Below are positions 1 to 14,432 of a DNA stretch of 64,000 nucleotides, one piece after another. The notes beneath the pieces were generated by a model. The model was not told the DNA's origin and ran no database searches. It worked only from the letters and a program-made list of their open reading frames with translations. Positions within the stretch are counted from its first letter, which is position 1. The number at the start of each line of letters is the position of its first letter. This stretch comes from Octopus sinensis (lineage: Eukaryota). The stretch is taken from assembly GCF_006345805.1 (NCBI RefSeq), contig NC_043010.1, positions 55,490,001 to 55,554,000 of the forward strand, written 5' to 3'. Both the position numbers and the translations under genes were made by a program.

Positions 1-2682
1 ACGAGAACGAGATTGTAATGTGTTAAAATTAATCAAAAGGGAATAGTATGTGAAAAGCATATTTTAGCAGTATACGGTGAAAACTCCGACCATATATCCG
101 TCTTATCAGAATACTTCAGTGTGTACAATACTTCTAGACAAATATGAGTTCCAGTATAAATAGAAATATGGGAAGATTTAGGAAAATATTTATGAGAGTT
201 TGTATAGTTCGTAAAGTGAAAAAAAATGCGAAAATAGGTTAATACCCGGAGGAGATATGGCATGCATGCTTAAAATGTCGCAAAAGTATAAAGCCAAAGT
301 TCGGATTTAACGCTGTCTTGACATTTCTCGAATGCAAGTATATGAAGCAAAACTCATAATTATTTCATTGGAGGAAAGGAAAATAGATGTTTAAGTGAAA
401 TTCTAATAGAGCAAGTATTGCAATAAAATGGACGATATCGACGAGGACGACGATGTTATTGGTTTTCTTGAATTGATCTGTACAAATCACTGCTTTATTT
501 CTTCTTTCTGTAAAATAAATAACCGGGTTTTCCCTATTTACGTAACCCATTTGAAAGGTGACATATCGAAAACTTCAACGACACTTCAAATTGCTAAACT
601 GGGTGAGCAGAAAACATTTTAAGGCTGCCTGAACCAATGAAATATCTCATTTCCCCAGCCCTGCGAGGAGAAAAATAAAGAGGTACAACCCTCTCAAAAC
701 ATGTTAGAAAATCAAAGGATGCTGTACTAATGACATATTCTAAATGAACTATCGCAGTAATATCATCGACAAAAGACAACAGACAAAGGGTCTGTGATAT
801 CTCTCCTTTTCTCTCGAAGGGAATCTCCCAATCAGTTATCACATCCCCTCATGCTCAAAGGATCTGAGTTCATCTCAGTCAACTGCCAAATTCCGAATTC
901 TTAAAACATCTCTAGGGTGGAATACAGCGATTATCGAAAAGAAGAGGAGGTAACTATAAGAAGCAATGGTTTAAAATATGTAGTTCTTACAATTGGATTT
1001 CGTATAATTTAGAATTAAATTCAAATAAACAGGGAATGTATAGACCTAAATAAATGTTAAAGAAGCAATGTTAAAATAAGCTTTCGGATACCTGACGACA
1101 AGTATGGGCGCCACAAAATGTCCTACTAGGCAGATGCGCAATTACATGCCGAAACGATTCCACGGCCATAAGGCGAACAGCGTAATTATCTCAGGAGCTC
1201 AATTATTTGCTGATTCAAACGAATGGACATCGTTTCTTCTATTGGCATCTACATGACTAACTCTAATAAATATGCATTTGCTGTTACTTTTCAAAAGCAC
1301 ATACGCCCCTGACAGCACAACAAACCATGTGACAAATCGCCTTAGCAAATGCGTTATCAGCCGTACGATTATTGAAATGCCTAGAACGCATTTTAGTGCG
1401 GCTATCACAATTCAATTTCATAGTTACCGATAAGTATGGAAGACAAACGTCAAACGCAAGAGGCCATTAGGTATGAGGAAATATTGTGATTTATTGCTCA
1501 CAGATGTATAAGCGTGTATGTGTGTTTGTCTGCATCTATGTGTTTGTGCCTCTGTGTGTGTGTGCCTCTGTGCGTGTACGTGTGTGTGTGTGTGTGTGTG
1601 TGTGTAAAGTGTGTGCGATAGAATTTTCTATTGATTTTGACTGGTATTGCAGAAAACTTTCCAAAACCATACATGAAACCATTTCGTGTGCAGACATTTT
1701 TAATTAGGATTTGGAAAGGAGTGTAATATTTGATTAAATATTTTTTTTTGAGGAACTGCCAGTGTTAGCACGAACTGAGAGAGAAAAGGTGGGGGGAGAG
1801 GGCGTGGGAAAGAGAGGGAAATAGAGGGAAAGAGAGGTGCGGAATGGAATTTGATTACTGCGCAATTGACAGTTTCCTATGACTGTCAATCTCCTTGACA
1901 TGATGAAATTGCAGACACATTTATACACACATGTGTGTTCATGTATGTATCTATAAAAGTATGTATATATCCTTACGTATTTGTTTTAGTATTTCGCCAA
2001 TTTATTTATCTCATTCCATATCTATTTCCTCTACATTTTTATTGGATATTTTGATTCCTGCTTTTTAATATCACCATCTCTTTCCAAGTGAAATGTTCAA
2101 AATTTTACTACTAAAATATCAAATTTTCAGTTTTGAATAATTAATGCTTTATATCCTCAGATGCCATCATAATTATGTTTTTTTTATTTTATGTCACACG
2201 TTTCAGTTATAAGACTATAGGTATTGTGTGGTACCACCTTGACAGTCTTAGACGAGAAAATCGACACCAGTACTTTTATTTTCACCTTTGGTACTTGTTC
2301 TCTGGGTTTTGTTTGCCTAACATCCAAGTTACAGAGATGCAAATGGCGAATGTCAAGCGGTGGAGAGAACAATAAACAAACACACACACATACAAACATC
2401 ATATATATTTGTGTCCATATTTGTATCTATCAATCTATCTGCCTGTTCATCTTACTGTGTATATGTGTGTTTGAACGCGTGCATCATGTATTCCATCCAG
2501 TTGGTGAGAAGATGAAAGAAGCTATGCCCGGAAACTTAGAATAAAATGTGTAATCGTGCATTATTTTGCCCATGATCCTTCGGGAACTAGAGAACAATAC
2601 TTAGAAGAGCGAATTACTAAGGCAGATACGGCAAGAAGGTACAATTATATATATATAATAGATATATATCTACGTACACATA

Positions 2683-2726
<44 letters not shown>

Positions 2727-4540
2727 GAGGAGCTTCCACAGAGTCTCTGACTACCTACTAGTTCCTTCGCTAGGCATTGATCGCCACACACAATACGGAC
2801 ATACATATTTGCGCTAACTCATACACCTGTACACAAACAGGTTTAGCGAAACAAGCATGCTAAATAAGATACAATGCATTACACGAGTAATCATATACAT
2901 AAACAAATATATATTTATGTATGCATACATGCACACATATACATACATGCACACATATATATATGTGTGCAGAAATACCGGATGGGCCGAGCATTTTGAA
3001 ATGTAGTTTACATATCGTGTTTAAGCGCTTTCGCTGCTTAATTTCTAATCTCTCTCTCTCTTTCTCTTTCTCTCAAACACACACGCACATACACATATAC
3101 ACACAAATCTACCAGATTTACCAACAATCGCTGATAGTCAAGTAAACATAGAAGAAAACACTTGCCCAGCTTATCGTGCAGTGAGATTGAACCTGCAAAT
3201 CACACCGTTGCAAAGGCGAACTCCTTAACCACATAGCCATGTTAGTGCCTGTACCACAATGTTTCACATAAACTATTTCCCTTACTCTGTGTCTGGAGTT
3301 TCTTACATGCCTTTTCCTAGATATATTATCTTCTAATCGTTACTTCAGCCAGGCATCGCTGTATTCTACCGGTTAATTCTTGTTCAATTTTCTCCATATT
3401 TATCTCTGTAAATAGCTCGACTGTTTTTATGCTATATTCACTTTACGTTGACTTATTTACTAATGTTCTTCCTAGTTCTTCCAGACCTTCATAGCCATTC
3501 CTTCTAAGTATTGATATTCCTCATGCAATGAGTTCATCCTTTAATACAAGTTTTATCTATAAAACTAACATGTCCATATTGACAGCGCATCACTTACTTA
3601 GCTCTTATATATATATCTATATATATATATATATATAATATATATATATATATGTATGTATGTATGAGGAGCTTCCACAGAGTCTCTGACTACCTACTAG
3701 TTCCTTCGCTAGGCATTGATCGCCACACACAATACGGACATACATATTTGCGCTAACTCATACACCTGTACACAAACAGGTTTAGCGAAACAAGCATGCT
3801 AAATAAAATACAATGCATTACACGAGTAATCATATACATAAACAAATATATATTCATGTATGCATACATGCACACATATACATACATGCACACATATATA
3901 TGTGTGCAGAAATACCGGATGGGCCGAGCATTTTGAAATGTAGTTTACATATCGTGTTTAAGCGCTTTCGCTGCTTAATTTCTAATCTCTCTCTCTTTCT
4001 CTTTCTCTCAAACACACACGCACATACACATATACACACAAATCTACCAGATTTACCAACAATCGCTGATAGTCAAGTAAACATAGAAGAAAACACTTGC
4101 CCAGCTTATCGTGCAGTGAGATTGAACCTGCAATCACACCGTTGCAAGGCGAACTCCTTAACCACATAGCCATGTTAGTGCCTGTACCACAATGTTTCAC
4201 ATAAACTATTTCCCTTACTCTGTGTCTGGAGTTTCTTACATGCCTTTTCCTAGATATATTATCTTCTAATCGTTACTTCAGCCAGGCATCGCTGTATTCT
4301 ATCTACCGGTTAATTCTTGTTCAATTTTCTCCATATTTATCTCTGTAAATAGCTCGACTGTTTTTATGCTATATTCACTTTACGTTGACTTATTTACTAA
4401 TGTTCTTCCTAGTTCTTCCAGACCTTCATAGCCATTCCTTCTAAGTATTGATATTCCTCATGCAATGAGTTCATCCTTTAATACAAGTTTTATCTATAAA
4501 ACTAACATGTCCATATTGACAGCGCATCACTTACTTAGCT

Positions 4541-4543
<3 letters not shown>
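2727..4543. repeat. Near-identical tandem duplication, unit ~939 bp (2727-3606 and 3666-4543) joined by (TA)n
   Basis: gaggagcttccacagagtc at 2727 and 3666; cacttacttagctctt ends at 3606 and 4543; only a few substitutions and small indels. Confidence 0.95.
3148..3253 (-). mobile_element. Old family-B-like SINE head (duplicated at 4083-4186)
   Basis: Minus strand ggctatgtggttaagg...ggttcaatctc...ctgggcaagtgttttcttctat resembles the family B head. Confidence 0.55.
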
Positions 4544-4582
<39 letters not shown>

Positions 4583-5849
4583 TGTATATATGTATATATA
4601 TATACACATATATATATATACATATATATACATATATATATGTATATATCTATATATATATACACATAATATCTCTCTCACTCTACCTCTCTCTCTCTAT
4701 ATATATATATATGTATATATATGTACATATATTTGTATGAGCATGTATGTGTGTGTTTGAGTGTGTATATCCGTACTTACACACACACACACACACGCAC
4801 GCACACATATAGATACACGCCTACCAATTTTAACCACCTGCATTGTGATTTATCTACCTTTCTTTTCCCCTCTTCTTTGCCAGGAGATACGTAATTGCAT
4901 CTATCTTTAAATAATAGTAGAAATACTTCTTTCCTTCTATGTATGAAAATCCACCATATTAACTTTAACATTATCCGAAAGATAATATTAAATTTATCCG
5001 AAGGAATTTTTTTTTTTTTTGCAATTATCACAGTATCTTTCAAAAGTATTATAATACACGTATTATGATTTATATTTCTCTTGCGGTAACGTTCATTGTA
5101 TTACGTATAACGAATCTTGCATCATCTTTCACTGCATATATACTCTTTCAGTATTTCAATATATTTTCTTGTTTCATATATTTCCTTTAGCATAACGATC
5201 ATATTCATAATTACCTTACCATCGTATGAAATACGTATTTCATTTCCATAATAATTACATCCATTTGACTAATTCGCTTTTTCCCTTCCAAATGATTATT
5301 TTAAAAAGCTTAATTCTATCATTAGCTTAAATCACAATACATTTATATATTCTCATGTACGTTCGATTCTAGTTAATTTTGATATAAAGAATTAATTAAC
5401 TATTATAATATAAGAAAGCTCGTAAGCTCATATACGAACGATTTCGGCAACTTAGTGACTACTTTTCTTTTAAAATAATGAATTATACGTATTTCACGCA
5501 ATAATTTTTGTGTCGCTTTAATTTTAAAATTGAAATAATTCTATGTAATTATTTACGTAGCATTTAGCTTAGCTGTACAACATTATTATTCCTCTGCATC
5601 CTATTTTAATTTAATCATTACATACACTCACTATTCTGTTCAACTTGTCCAAAATGTAGTTTTGCTTTGATTATTCGTTTTCATTATTTTGACGATCAGT
5701 TTAATTCTCGTACGTAATTATATTTACTAAATGCTTTATATCTTTTACACACTATATTCCCACATATACACCAAATACTTGTGACTACACACATTCCTAT
5801 TCGATGTTATCCTAGCCCACATTATCGTTTTCATTATAGAATAAATTAA

Positions 5850-6395
5850 AGGCGGCGACCTGGCAGAAACGTTAGCACGCCTGGCGAAATGCTTAGCGAG
5901 GTTTCGTCTGCCGTTACGTTCTGAGTTCAAATTCCGCCGAGATCAACTTTGCCTTTCATCTTTTCGGGGCCGATAAATTAAGAACCAGTTACGCACTGGG
6001 GTCGATGTAATCGACTTAATCCGTTTGTCTGTCCTTGTTTGTCCCCTCTATGTTTAGCCCCTTGTGGGTAATAAAGAAATAGGTATTTCGTCTGCCGTTA
6101 CGTTCTGAGTTCAAATTCCGCCCAGATCGACTTTGCTTTTCATCCTTTCGGGGTCGAGAAATTAAGTACCAGTTACGCACTGGGGTCGATTTAATCGACT
6201 TAATCCGTTTGTCTGTCCTTGTTTGTCCCCTCAATGTTTAGCCTGTTGTGGGCGATAAAGAAATAAGAAACGTTAGCATGCCGGGAGAAATGCTTAGCTG
6301 TATTACATTTTGTTCACATTCCACCGAGGTCAACTTTGCCTTTCATCCTTTCGGAGTCGATAAATTAAGTACCAGTTGCGTGATGAGGTCGATCT
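5850..6395 (+). mobile_element. tRNA-derived SINE family A, multimer
   Basis: A-box TGGCAGAAACGTTAG, B-box GAGTTCAAATTCC, domain gcctttcatcctttcggggtcgataaattaagtaccag; body repeats at 6082 and restarts at ~6266. Confidence 0.9.
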
Positions 6396-6685
6396 TTCCA
6401 AAAATTTTGGCTCCTTTCCAAAAATTTTGGGCCTTGTGCCTAGTAAAAAAATTATTATAGAATAAAGTAAATCCCATATGTGTGTGTGTGTATGCACATG
6501 TATGTGTATGATTATGTGTGCGGGTGCATGTGTGTATAAAAAGGGAATAACGGAATTAGCGTTTATTCCACGGTTTGCAATTGTATTGAGCAACGTATAG
6601 GAGATAAACTATAAAAGAAGCTTGAAGACAGGGAAGCGAGAAATGGTAGCCATATTGATTACAGAATGCGTATTATATTCTTTCA

Positions 6686-7115
6686 TTCTTTTACTTGCTT
6701 CAATCATTTGATTGCGGCCATACTGGAGCGTCGCCTTGAAGGATTTCAGTCGAACAGTTCCACCCATGGAGTTATTATTTTTAGAACGTAGTACTTATTC
6801 TATCGGATTCTTTCACCGAACCGCTAATCCACGGGGACGAAAACTCACCAGCAACGGTTGAAAAGCGGTGACAGGGGAAACCACAGATAGAAACACACAC
6901 ACACGCACACACACACACACATACACACAAACAAACACACACACATACACAAACACATACATATATACGACGGGTCTCTTTCAGGTTCCGTCTACCAAAT
7001 CCATGCACAAGGCTTTGGTCGGCATGTGACTATAGGAAGAGAGACTTGCCCAAGGTGCCACGCACTGGGACTGAACAACGAAAGAAGCTTCTTACCACAC
7101 AGCGACGCCTGCGCC
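6686..7115 (-). mobile_element. tRNA-derived SINE family B (CORE-like), diverged full-length copy
   Basis: Reverse complement of ggcgcagg...accttgggcaagt...gatttggtagacggaa...ctccagtatggccgc; internal (CA)n. Confidence 0.85.
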
Positions 7116-7572
7116 TATTTAAGGATTGATCCACAAGTATTTAGTTTAAACACTTGTGAACAAATAAATACTGTTACAGAGTGGTTGAATTACAGACAGA
7201 TAGACTGACACACTGACTGACAGTCAGACAGATAGAAAGACGGCAAAACCAAAACCAAAAAACACAAAAAACCCAAAATACATAAATAATATCATCCGGG
7301 GTTATAATTTGATTCCCACTGAAGGACAATCATACAATATTAATATAATGTATAATTCAAACATCAAGATCATTAAAAACCAAGAAACTAAGAACCCCTT
7401 GAGAAGTTCGTCCCTAAAAGACGAACGAGACCAAAAGATAAGAGAACCAGAGACAACAAGCCTATTAAACATATAAAACCATTATCCGCTGCCTATAGGG
7501 TACCAATACAGTCTCGACATTTGGTAAGCACCGTTCAATCCAGGTGCGTCAACAGCGTCTATACACACACAC

Positions 7573-7616
<44 letters not shown>

Positions 7617-7676
7617 TTGTGTGTGTGAGTGTATGTATATATAGACGTATATATATATATATATATATATATATGC

Positions 7677-7713
<37 letters not shown>

Positions 7714-7747
7714 ATATACACATACATAAATGTGTGTACGCGCATAT

Positions 7748-8660
7748 TGAGGGAAGGCTCAAATGATTGAGCCGCCGCAGCTCTCCACCCATGTCATTTC
7801 TGTACCATTCTACACAGTTACTAGCTTCTTTGATGTTGTCGCTATAACTGCTTCTAGGTCTTCCTCTTGTTCCTTTTTCATATGCCACGCCAGTTGACAG
7901 CACATTGTCAAGGACTTGTCTTGTAAGTATAACGCCTGTCCATTTTCTTTTCATAATAACATTTAACAGTCTTTCCTGTCACTTTACATTGCGAAGGACC
8001 CACTCGTTAATTCGTTTATCCGTCCAGCTTATCCTGAGAATACGTCTTAAACGACATTGTTTAAATGCTTCAATTTTCCTTCTGTTAATTTTCTTCATAG
8101 TACAGCATTCAGGTCCATATGTGGATATGATAACTATCATTGAATTCAGGAGTTGTTTTCATTTTTTTTATTGTTGTTCTCCTTCTAGTTTCCCATGCTG
8201 TTCAGTTTATCAAAGCTGTCTTGGTTATTCCGAGTTTTTTCATCTTTTCACGAACGCCATTGCAAGCATTGGTAATAATAGTACAAAAGTTCAGAAATTC
8301 ATTATTGTTTTAGATATCTTCTTTGTTTATTATGTCACCTTGTTCATTGTTCGTTGTGCTTTTTAATTATTTTGATTACTTAAGTTTGGTCGAAGTATTA
8401 GATGAAACCCAGCTCGAGTACTTGCATCGGTTATTCTATTAACTAAGTCCTCAAGCACTTGAATGCTACCGGCTATGAGAACTTCATTGTCTGCATACTT
8501 CAGATTTGTGATAAAATTGCTTTTTATTTTGACGCTTCCAGTGAATACAAACAACATGTATTTCCATTTTGGCTCGGAATATATTTGAAAGAGGTGCTGA
8601 GAAAGGATGCTCCCTGGCGTACACCTTGTACAATGTCAAACCAGTCAGTTTTCAGGGGGT
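7748..8660 (-). mobile_element. RTE-clade LINE, 3' fragment with decayed RT
   Basis: Minus-strand motifs [69 protein letters not shown]; stops and frameshifts. Confidence 0.85.
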
Positions 8661-8915
8661 TATATATATCATTATATATTCATAAGTAAATGTATGTATG
8701 TAGCGTATTATAGACTACAGTTTTCCACCGTGAGAGATGAAGTATTCAATAAGGTATATGGAGCTAAACGATTTCAACAAAAGTCTCAATGGCTATATAA
8801 CTTTTATTTTTCTGAAACATGTTCATTCCATTTGGTAATAGAAAAACTAAGAATAACTTACATTATTTATATTATTTACATTTAATGGATATTTGTCCTC
8901 ATATTTTTTGTTGTT

Positions 8916-8958
8916 AACACGTTTCGGCTGATATAACTTCCAGCCTTCATCAGATGTT
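8916..8958 (-). ncRNA. Minimal type I hammerhead-like motif, 3-nt deletion at the cleavage triplet
   Basis: aacat CTGATGA A GGCTG..CAGCC GAAAC gtgtt; lacks the GTT present in the 9173 copy. Confidence 0.65.
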
Positions 8959-9172
8959 TTGGGGAAATTTTGAACCTGGGTTCTCATCCATAAGGTATTT
9001 TTCGGTGTTGGTGTTGTTGTTGTTGTTGTTGTTATTATTATTATAATTCGAGTCAGTGCCTGGAATCGGACTCAGAATCTTGGGGTTTTGAACCCTGCGC
9101 TCTTATAATAATAATAATAACAACATCGAAAAATACCTTATGAATGAGAACTCAGGTTCGAAATTTCCCCAA

Positions 9173-9218
9173 GACACCTGATGAAGGCTGGAGGGAATAT
9201 CAGCAGAAACGTTGTGTT
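9173..9218 (+). ncRNA. Minimal type I hammerhead ribozyme motif
   Basis: Stem I gacac/gtgtt, core CTGATGA+A, stem II GGCTG/CAGCA, GAAA, palindromic AACGTT, GUU cleavage triplet. Confidence 0.75.
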
Positions 9219-9547
9219 AACAACAAACAAGATGAGGACAAATATCCGTCAAATGCAAATAATGTAAATAGTGTACATAATTCCTCATCTCTTAAATATA
9301 GAACTGTAAAAATAATCTGTATTCCCAACACAGAGCACCGGAAACCTTAGTGATTAGAAACATTAGTTACTTACAATATTTATATAAGTTTTACTTTCGT
9401 TTTCCCAAAAAGCATCTATTCCCAGAATATATACAACATCTACAGCTAAAATGATGTCCTAAGTTCTAAATTTGTTTCTTTACTCCTACATATATACATA
9501 CATGTGTGTGTTTGTGTGAGCGCGAGCTTGAGTACGTGTGCCAGGGC

Positions 9548-9593
<46 letters not shown>

Positions 9594-9681
9594 CATATAT
9601 ATATATACATATATATAAATATATATATATATTTATATATATATATGTATGCATAATATATGTTATATATATATATTATAT

Positions 9682-9724
<43 letters not shown>

Positions 9725-9743
9725 TATATATATTCATGTATAT

Positions 9744-9785
<42 letters not shown>

Positions 9786-9868
9786 GTATATATATATATA
9801 TATACATATGAGGCACTAACGTACATACTCAAACACACACTCACACAAACACAAGCATAAAGATAATA

Positions 9869-9899
<31 letters not shown>

Positions 9900-11760
9900 G
9901 TGTGTGTGTACTTCTCTCAGCACGCACAATCACATACGTGTACTTAAGCACATATAGACATATACCTGTGTACATATTTTCGAAGGTCATCATATGCCAT
10001 CATCTGAATTACGTTGCATGCAAATCTGTTGAGATGAATCAATATTCCGGGACGAAATGAATATTGTTGGTATTTTTTTTTCTTGAAAGCAATTTACCCC
10101 AAATAGATTGAGTTTATGGGATTATATTTAGTTTGGTATTAAGAAACCTGAGCACAGCCAAATACGTCATATGCATACATACACACATACATATGTGTAT
10201 ATAAATATATATACATATACATATATAACATATGACATATATATATATGATGTGCATACAGGCTTGCATATTTGTGTTTAAGCATATATTTCTTATTCTC
10301 TACAGGTCTGGAGAGAAATAACTGCTTACGTATGTGTATTTATAAATATAGTTGAATTGAAACTATGTTTGCAAATACATATGTTCTTACATTTGGTATG
10401 TATACAAGTAAATATATTCATAAATATATATAAATACCTATACAGTCATACAAACATACACATGCATATATATACATATACATAGATATACATGCATATA
10501 TATGTATATGTATAAACATCTATATATATCTTTAAATATATATTTATTTATATCTATATCTATCTATCTGTCTGTCTAATTTATCTAGCTTTCTTTCTTT
10601 TCCCTCTCTCTCTCTCTCTCTCAACATATATATCGACTCGCACAGATACCTACACAAATCAGATACATAAAGGCACATCCTCATGTACACGATTGACAGA
10701 AAGGTTACTGTGAAATGTGTAGCGGCCGACATTGTTTGAAATACAAGTGAAATTGCTCAGAGGGTTGTAAAATAAATAATCTTAAAAAGCAAACGCAATA
10801 TATATTTTGAAGCTTGTGCTGAAGAAAAATGCTAACAATATTTCCTTCAGGTCAGTGTGAAACATTTTCAATAAAAGGAAAACATAGAATGATGCAAAAC
10901 CCGATGTTAAGATAAAGGGAATTGCTAAATTTGGAACACCAGATTACTATGTGTTTGTTGTCAGAGATCGGTTCCTTATTGCTGAGCACCAACCAACAAA
11001 ACCATACAAACACACTGAAACATCAACGCAATAATATATGTACACACACATACAAACTCGCAGACATTCACACACATACACACACACTCATGTTAAAACT
11101 TCCACATAACATTGGTATACACATCATTTACTAACACGAGCCAATGAAAGCGCATCTTTTTTATCGATCATGCTACCTGTTATAGATATAACATCTGCCT
11201 TAAATATTTCTTCCCTATCTTTCAAAAGAAACGTTTTCGCGTGTGTTGGATGTGTTTGATAAGCAGCCAAGAAAACTTACAGGATAAACAAGACTGGAGG
11301 ATATTTTCGATCATATCTCGGTTTGATGAGAAAGGTAACGAATTTAGAGTGTATTAAATGGGCCTATGGAGAAGACTGTATGAGAAACAACAACGAGAAA
11401 CAGCAAGTGCACTTGCATGAAGCCACAAAATAACATTTTAAGACAAGAAGTTCATGTTAAATCATTATAGCCTCATATACAGCGCCGGAAATAGAATATA
11501 TATATATATATATATACTGTGCTGGACCTAATACGAGAAAACGGCAATTTAAGGAATGCTTTAATTTTGTGTATAGCAATATGGAGTTTGAAGATGAAGA
11601 GGTAAGCCGAGAGGTGTTTCGGAATTGACAGTTGGAAATAGTAAACGTTTCAAACTCAAAGCTTCGTTACAGAAAAATTAAGGAAAACATTGAGGAAAAA
11701 TTTTCCAAATAAGCAAATGTTAATATCAATGATTCTATTTCGAAATATACATACATACAT

Positions 11761-11792
<32 letters not shown>

Positions 11793-12037
11793 AAAAATAA
11801 AGTGCTCAGAAATCTGGATGGTTCTACATTTACAGATTGTTATTAATATGTCACATGTTTTTATAAATCATATATATATATTAGTGCTCGCATCTACTCT
11901 AGTAGATTCTTCAGATTTTCATAATATATATGTATACATGCATACGCATGTATAAATATATATCATTATATAATGTGTACATACATATATATGTACATAT
12001 ATATATATATATATTTATATATATGTATGTATGTATG

Positions 12038-12076
<39 letters not shown>

Positions 12077-12098
12077 ATATGTATGTATGTATGTATAT

Positions 12099-12129
<31 letters not shown>

Positions 12130-12210
12130 GAATGGCATAATGATAGTATTCTTATATAGTAGTGTTGAACACGAGTATTTTATGAATATTTAAAGCGATA
12201 TACACACAGA

Positions 12211-12256
<46 letters not shown>

Positions 12257-12867
12257 TATATATATACATAAGGTAGATGCACACAAGGCCTTTGTTTATG
12301 CATAGTATACATTTTGATGGCTTCATCATTTTAGAAATACTACGCAACATGAATATATTATTACATAAATGTACTGTACGAGAAATTACATTGTTCGTGT
12401 CTACGAAGGAAAAAGAGAACTTATTTTCTGAAAAATTATCTTTGAAACCAACTCACACTTCTTTTAGTCATCTCCAACAGATTTTTATTATTTTTACCAG
12501 GAAGCGCCAAAAAAAATAATACTGCAATCCGAAATTTGGACCGCAGTTCTCGGGGATCCGTGACGTCTCGTCTCGTCATATACAAAGAGTCGTGAGAAAT
12601 GAAAGAAGACGGGAGAATAGCAGAGTTACTGTTCCCTCATCTTCTTTTGTTACGTACGATTGCTTCAGATCAAGAGTCAATACGGCTACAACGCGGAGGA
12701 CAGGAGCAATAAATACAAAAATATATATATAATCTAAGATGTTAAGAAACTATCACCGATCCTTTGTAACACATACTCCAGGCGACTGCAAGAAGTTACA
12801 TGAAAAACAATTTATATACATCCAAACGTCTATTTACATATGTATACAACCTTTCATAATTACAGAT

Positions 12868-12904
<37 letters not shown>

Positions 12905-12954
12905 TACATATATGTGCATGATATGTATATATACACATATCTGTATCATATATA

Positions 12955-12994
<40 letters not shown>

Positions 12995-13264
12995 AATATA
13001 ATATATATTTATATATATATGCATGCATATATACATACATATGCAACATACGTACATATATGCATACATGCATACAGACATACATACTTACAAATAGAAA
13101 AATACAATTTTGAGTCACGGATTGATATCTGCAACATATATATATATATATTACATATATATATATATATATACATATATTATATATATATTATATACAT
13201 ATACATATATACATATACATATATACATATACATATATATAATATATAATATATATATATATTT

Positions 13265-13297
<33 letters not shown>

Positions 13298-13885
13298 ACA
13301 TATTTATACATACATACAACATACATACATACATACATACATACGGATACACGGAATGCTTCTGTAAAATTTATTTTGTCTATACATTCCATATATGTTG
13401 AAACTTAATTCTAAATTGTATAAGTAATCCTCTGTAAGAACTACACATTTCAATCCCATATGTTTTTCTGCCGACCTCATCGTACCATCGACAATCCCCA
13501 AAACATGTCTGCCTTTATAACTACATGAAATGCAAACATGTTCTCGAGTAGTAAATCCTGATATATACTATACGTGATTTTCATTGGAAAGTCTCTGTGC
13601 AATCATTCCTCGCCAGATATTCGTTAACGGTTTTGTTTTTGTTTTGGTCTTTTGTGGGTTTTTTTTACTATGTGTTAATAGTTTCCTGGATGTTTCTGAT
13701 TTCTTTTCAGATAAACAATTATCAAAACCAACAAGTATTGCGTTTAACGATGCATATTCCAATTAGCAACTCGAATATTTGCATATTTATCAGTAGTACT
13801 CATCTTGTTAATCTTCACATATTTAGTCATATCTCTTTTCTATTGACTAAAAAAATACAAAGCTAGCACACCCCAAAAAGTAAAT

Positions 13886-13897
13886 ATATTATTATTA

Positions 13898-13958
<61 letters not shown>

Positions 13959-13998
13959 CATTATTGTTATTATTATTATTATTGTTATATTATTATTA
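13886..13998. repeat. (TAA/ATT)n microsatellite at the 3' end of an RLE LINE
   Basis: Direct reading. Confidence 0.95.
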
Positions 13999-14432
13999 TG
14001 ATTGCCTTTGCACAGCTTCTAATGCTGGAGATGTACTAGTGTCAGCTGTTCCCTACCAGTGAAGTAAGGTAACACCTCTTATTTTTTGGAGCACCTTCCG
14101 GAGTATTCGAGCGGTTCCAAGCAGTGCTGTTTTCTGCAAGTGCTCCACCCTTATTGCAACCCATATTTGTTCCACGTACTTCTCAAGATTTTTGTTCACT
14201 GTTCCCAGGGCTCCGACAATTATTGGTACTACTGCTACCTTTTTCATCGGCCACAACTGTTTAACTTTCCAAAGCCAACCTGTCATATCTATCGACTTTC
14301 CCTTTTTTCCTGATCGCATGCCTTCTTGACAGCTGGGCAAGCTATGTCTATGATCCAGCATAGTTTGCTTTCTTTCTCCATTAAGGCTATGTATGGCTGC
14401 CTATTCTCTATCTCATGGCCGCACGGAATCAT
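13999..14432 (-). mobile_element. R4/Dong-like LINE 3' end (restriction-like endonuclease domain)
   Basis: DFMIPCGHEIENRQPYIALMEKESKLCWIIDIACP, frameshift, LWPMKKVAVVPIIVGALG..LQKTALLGTARILRKVL; short 3'UTR then (TAA)n. Confidence 0.85.

Larger units (their letters stand above)
8861..9283. mobile_element. Head-to-head pair of a hammerhead-bearing element; the minus copy keeps a tRNA-like head at 9046-9103
   Basis: 8861-9044 is the reverse complement of 9104-9283; the spacer read on minus contains B-box-like GAGTCCGATTCC. Confidence 0.8.

Noticed and set aside
400-1410. Possible ancient LINE RT on the minus strand
   Set aside because: Only isolated hints (FAKA, WQL); no ordered motif series
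1865-1890. Inverted TTGACAGT/ACTGTCAA pair as a TALE-homeodomain site
   Set aside because: An 8-bp inverted repeat is expected by chance; no conservation data
10306-10329. 24-nt microexon (ttctctacag|...|gtatgt)
   Set aside because: Too short to distinguish from chance in AT-rich DNA
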